DNA of 20,000 bases from an uncultured virus (IMG/VR IMGVR_UViG_3300008120_007613) (Duplodnaviria; Heunggongvirae; Uroviricota; Caudoviricetes). A model generated the notes under the pieces. That model did not search any database, was not told the DNA's origin, and worked only from the letters and a program-made list of their open reading frames with translations. A program made the translations under genes and the position numbers. The stretch is taken from the IMG/VR virus record IMGVR_UViG_3300008120_007613. The stretch is one strand, 5' to 3'. Positions 18,148-20,000 of this stretch are shown one piece after another (the first letter of the stretch is position 1; each line of letters opens with the position of its first letter).

Positions 18148-18437
18148 ACGGTTTACACAATCAATTTGCTGGGTTTGAATTGCCCGAAGAAATGAAACAA
18201 ATGTATAGAGCAGGTTTCCAACCATTTGGACCTAAAAATATAGCTAAATTAGCTCTATTCCTTCAAGATAACAAAATTGAAAACTTTAATGAAGTGTATG
18301 ATTATTATGTTTCTCTTAAACCACAACGTTTGGAAGGTGAATCAAATGAAGAACTAAAAAATCGTACTAATTTTACTAAAGCTCTTCAAAAGAATAAACA
18401 ATATTTCTATAATTATTCAGTTTACGAAAATCAATAA
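18144..18437 (+). CDS. hypothetical protein, 97 aa
   Basis: Coupled ORF in a co-directional run. No motif recognised. Confidence 0.7.
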   Translation: MNGLHNQFAGFELPEEMKQMYRAGFQPFGPKNIAKLALFLQDNKIENFNEVYDYYVSLKPQRLEGESNEELKNRTNFTKALQKNKQYFYNYSVYENQ

Positions 18438-18438
18438 T

Positions 18439-18651
18439 ATGGCACAATTCTTTCAAGTTAAAGTACAGTTTACTGTTGAAGACAGTAAAGGTAAAGTAAA
18501 AAAACAAAACGTATTGTATCTAGTAGATGCTCAGTCAGTAACTGAAGCTGAAGCTAGAACAGTACAATTCCTAACAGCAGAAGGCGAACAGGAATTTGAA
18601 GTAAAAGCAGCTTCGGAATCTCCTATTGTACAAGTAGTTACTGCAGAGTAA
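18439..18651 (+). CDS. DUF4494-like protein (Bacteroidota family)
   Basis: F.VKV.F...GKVKK...YLVDAQSVTEAEAR matches the YLVDA.S.TEAEAR signature of DUF4494. Confidence 0.75.
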   Translation: MAQFFQVKVQFTVEDSKGKVKKQNVLYLVDAQSVTEAEARTVQFLTAEGEQEFEVKAASESPIVQVVTAE

Positions 18652-18659
18652 CTGCTGAT

Positions 18660-18733
18660 CGGGATGTAGTACAGTCCGGTAGTATGCTTGGTTTGGGACC
18701 AAGAGGTCGTAGGTTCGAATCCTGCCATCCCGA
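18660..18733 (+). tRNA. tRNA-Pro(TGG)
   Basis: Acceptor CGGGATG/CATCCCG; anticodon arm CTTGG-TT TGG GA-CCAAG; T arm GTAGG-TTCGAAT-CCTGC. No encoded CCA. Confidence 0.95.
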
Positions 18734-18738
18734 CATAT

Positions 18739-18810
18739 GCTCGGTTCGTCTAATGGTTAGGACATCACCCTTTCACGGTGGCGATACGGGTTCGACTCCC
18801 GTACCGAGTA
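18739..18810 (+). tRNA. tRNA-Glu(TTC)
   Basis: Acceptor GCTCGGT/ACCGAGT; TCACC-CT TTC AC-GGTGG; ACGGG-TTCGACT-CCCGT. Confidence 0.95.
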
Positions 18811-18811
18811 C

Positions 18812-18885
18812 AGTAGAATAGCTCAATTGGTTAGAGCAGCCGTCTGATACGCGGCAGGTTGATAGTTCGAGTCTATCTTCTACTA
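18812..18885 (+). tRNA. tRNA-Ile(GAT)
   Basis: Acceptor AGTAGAA/TTCTACT; GCCGT-CT GAT AC-GCGGC; GATAG-TTCGAGT-CTATC. Confidence 0.92.
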
Positions 18886-18919
18886 CCTGAAGACGGTGCT
18901 AACAAGCATTGACGCCACC

Positions 18920-19011
18920 GAGGTTAATTGGAATTTAGGCAGGTGCCTATACCGGTTAGAAAAGCCAATTATAAAAGCAGTTGTCCACGCACCCATCTAC
19001 TGCTTCCCTCA
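18920..19011 (+). ncRNA. candidate structured ncRNA (multi-helix junction) within the tRNA array
   Basis: GAGG(18920-23)/CCTC(19007-10) closes two arms. One is TAATTGG(18925-31)/CCAATTA(18965-71) with an inner TAGGC-AGGT-GCCTA hairpin; the other is AAGCAGT(18975-81)/ACTGCTT(18999-19005). Confidence 0.45.
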
Positions 19012-19013
19012 CC

Positions 19014-19109
19014 TGACCCTTAGCTCAGTAGGTTAGAGCAAGCTTCAGTACTGGCCTTGAAAAAGCTGGGAACAAAGCCGTGCCACTGGTTCGATTCCAG
19101 TAGGGTCAG
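19014..19109 (+). ncRNA. tRNA-like gene with a 22-nt-extended anticodon arm (identity undetermined)
   Basis: Perfect acceptor TGACCCT/AGGGTCA, D arm GCTC-AGTAGGTTA-GAGC, T arm ACTGG-TTCGATT-CCAGT and a 5-nt variable loop. There are 29 nt instead of 7 between AGCTT and AAGCC. Confidence 0.75.
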
Positions 19110-19116
19110 CAAATTT

Positions 19117-19187
19117 GGAGACTTGGCAGAGCGGCTGAATGCGGCGGTCTTGAAAACCGTTATACGTGAATAGCGTATCTGGGGTTC
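19117..19187 (+). pseudogene. tRNA-Ser(TGA) 5' portion, truncated in the T-loop
   Basis: GGAGACT, D arm, GCGGT-CT TGA AA-ACCGT, long variable arm ATACG/CGTAT and TGGGG-TTC; then no 3' T-stem or acceptor strand. Confidence 0.8.
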
Positions 19188-19227
19188 CATAATCATTAGG
19201 TCACAGGTTCAAATCCTGTAGGGTCAA
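19188..19227 (+). pseudogene. 3' half of a CAT-anticodon tRNA (Met or Ile2)
   Basis: CAT AA TCATT AGGTC ACAGG-TTCAAAT-CCTGT AGGGTCA A. The 5' half is absent and the fragment is fused directly to the Ser fragment. Confidence 0.75.
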
Positions 19228-19235
19228 CTGACTTA

Positions 19236-19307
19236 GGTCCTGTAGTTCAACGGATAGAACAATTGCCTTCTAAGCAATGGATACAAGTTCGATTCTTGTC
19301 GGGACTA
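19236..19307 (+). tRNA. tRNA-Arg(TCT)
   Basis: Acceptor GGTCCTG/CGGGACT; ATTGC-CT TCT AA-GCAAT; ACAAG-TTCGATT-CTTGT. Confidence 0.95.
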
Positions 19308-19311
19308 CAAA

Positions 19312-19343
19312 TTTGGTTTAGGCAAAATAAAATTGTATATTTG
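19312..19343 (+). promoter_or_regulatory. Bacteroidota-type sigma promoter (TTTG-N20-TATATTTG)
   Basis: Exact match to the -33 TTTG / -7 TAnnTTTG consensus, 15 nt upstream of ATG 19359. Confidence 0.75.
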
Positions 19344-19358
19344 ATGTAAATAAAATTT

Positions 19359-19583
19359 ATGTTTTGGACTTATTATTTAGTTTGTTTAGCTTATTGCTTA
19401 ATTATGTCTGTTAAAAGATGGAATAGAGATGTTATGGCTGGTGGATTAGGTATTAATCCAGGATTAGACACTTTAGGTATACTTATAATGTGTTGGATAT
19501 TAGCACCCGTTGATATTACTTTAACTTGGATTCGTATCTATAAAGATGCTGAAGAAGCTAGACGAAACCAAACACGATTATAA
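19359..19583 (+). CDS. small membrane protein (two hydrophobic segments), 74 aa
   Basis: Hydrophobic stretches YYLVCLAYCLIMSV and LGILIMCWILAPVDITL; has its own promoter. Confidence 0.7.
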   Translation: MFWTYYLVCLAYCLIMSVKRWNRDVMAGGLGINPGLDTLGILIMCWILAPVDITLTWIRIYKDAEEARRNQTRL

Positions 19584-19589
19584 AATTAT

Positions 19590-19675
19590 ACCTGAGTGTT
19601 GAAATAGGTAGACAAGAGAGACTTAAAATCTCTTGGGCAGTAATGCCCGTGCCGGTTCGACTCCGGCCTCAGGTA
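19590..19675 (+). tRNA. tRNA-Leu(TAA)
   Basis: Acceptor ACCTGAG/CTCAGGT; AGAGA-CT TAA AA-TCTCT; variable arm GGGCA-GTAA-TGCCC; GCCGG-TTCGACT-CCGGC. Confidence 0.95.
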
Positions 19676-19688
19676 CATAGTTATTTAC

Positions 19689-20000
19689 ATGGCATGCCAT
19701 TATTTACATTTAAAAGATTCACGTGAGTTCTTCGGATTACTGAAGCGCCGTGACCCTGATCTAATATCAAAAATGGTTAGATGTGTAATCAGTGCTGCTA
19801 AACGAGGTAAAGATAAAATAGATATATTTGAAATTACCTTTAGAAATATGGAAGAATTAACATTTAGTATTGATAAATCTCAATATAAAGAAATGTTAGG
19901 TAATTGTATGGATGATCTAATAACCATGGAGGAATATGAATTATGTGCTGAGATTAAAAAAATATTAGAGAAAAAAACTCGCAAAACGAGAAAGCCAAAA
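19689..20000 (+). CDS. hypothetical protein with UVR-like motif, runs off the window end; not in the ORF track
   Basis: 104 open codons: MACHYLHLKDSREFF...KGKDKIDIFEITF-like core...MEEYELCAEIKKILEKK. Aligns by eye to 16404..16718. Confidence 0.75.
   Translation, partial: MACHYLHLKDSREFFGLLKRRDPDLISKMVRCVISAAKRGKDKIDIFEITFRNMEELTFSIDKSQYKEMLGNCMDDLITMEEYELCAEIKKILEKKTRKTRKPK

Noticed and set aside
2853..18728. All minus-strand ORFs in the track (2853, 3145, 3451, 4476, 5536, 5690, 10530, 11018, 13645, 15535, 18531)
   Set aside because: Each is an antisense shadow of a well-supported + strand gene or of tRNA-Pro, with no recognisable motif.
18887..18962. Hammerhead ribozyme suggested by CTGAAGA followed by a stem
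   Set aside because: The stem is followed by AGGT rather than GAAA, and no stem I/III with an NUH site can be built.
18975..19005. HDV-like/theta ribozyme suggested by a TCCACGC loop inside a GCAG/CTGC helix near tRNAs
   Set aside because: Too few bases between the loop and the closing strand for P3', P1' and J4/2, and no P1 partner at the tRNA 3' end.
19043..19049. Opal suppressor or Sec reading (CT TCA GT) of the odd tRNA, implying genetic-code reassignment
   Set aside because: No anticodon stem forms in that register, and ORFs are intact and tightly coupled under code 11, with TGA (ATGA overlaps) and TAG used as stops.
19014..19227. Split or nested tRNA(CAT) formed by the 5' half at 19014 and the 3' half at 19188
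   Set aside because: The acceptor strands pair, but the anticodon stem AGCTT/TCATT does not, and the intervening sequence does not end in G or resemble a group I intron.
1..20000. CRISPR array, IS/transposase, integrase, rRNA
   Set aside because: No regularly spaced repeats, terminal inverted repeats or corresponding protein/RNA motifs seen.

Overview
AT-rich, gene-dense window with all credible genes on the + strand. It most likely comes from a large (jumbo-type) phage of a Bacteroidota host. This is an inference from Bacteroidota-type TTTG-N20-TAnnTTTG promoters, the lack of Shine-Dalgarno motifs, a DUF4494-like gene, a tRNA array without encoded CCA and many short orphan ORFs; no virion hallmark gene lies in the window. 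Bases 1-15.5 kb are a tightly coupled glycan-biosynthesis cluster: 2x GT4, GT2, GT11, GT10, GT6, GT75/STELLO-like, a GDP-mannose 3,5-epimerase-like enzyme, a nucleotide-sugar dehydrogenase, RfbH/RfbE-like 3,6-dideoxyhexose enzymes, an RmlD-like reductase and a methyltransferase, with nadE embedded and no flippase, polymerase or initiating transferase. Bases 15.5-18.65 kb carry a ClpP-like peptidase, a UVR-motif protein, a small DST-rich lipoprotein missed by the ORF track, a degenerate HNH protein and hypotheticals. Bases 18.66-19.68 kb are a tRNA array (Pro, Glu, Ile, Arg, Leu) containing three oddities: a ~90-nt structured non-tRNA RNA candidate, a tRNA-like gene with a 22-nt-extended anticodon arm, and a tRNA-Ser(TGA)/tRNA(CAT) chimera.
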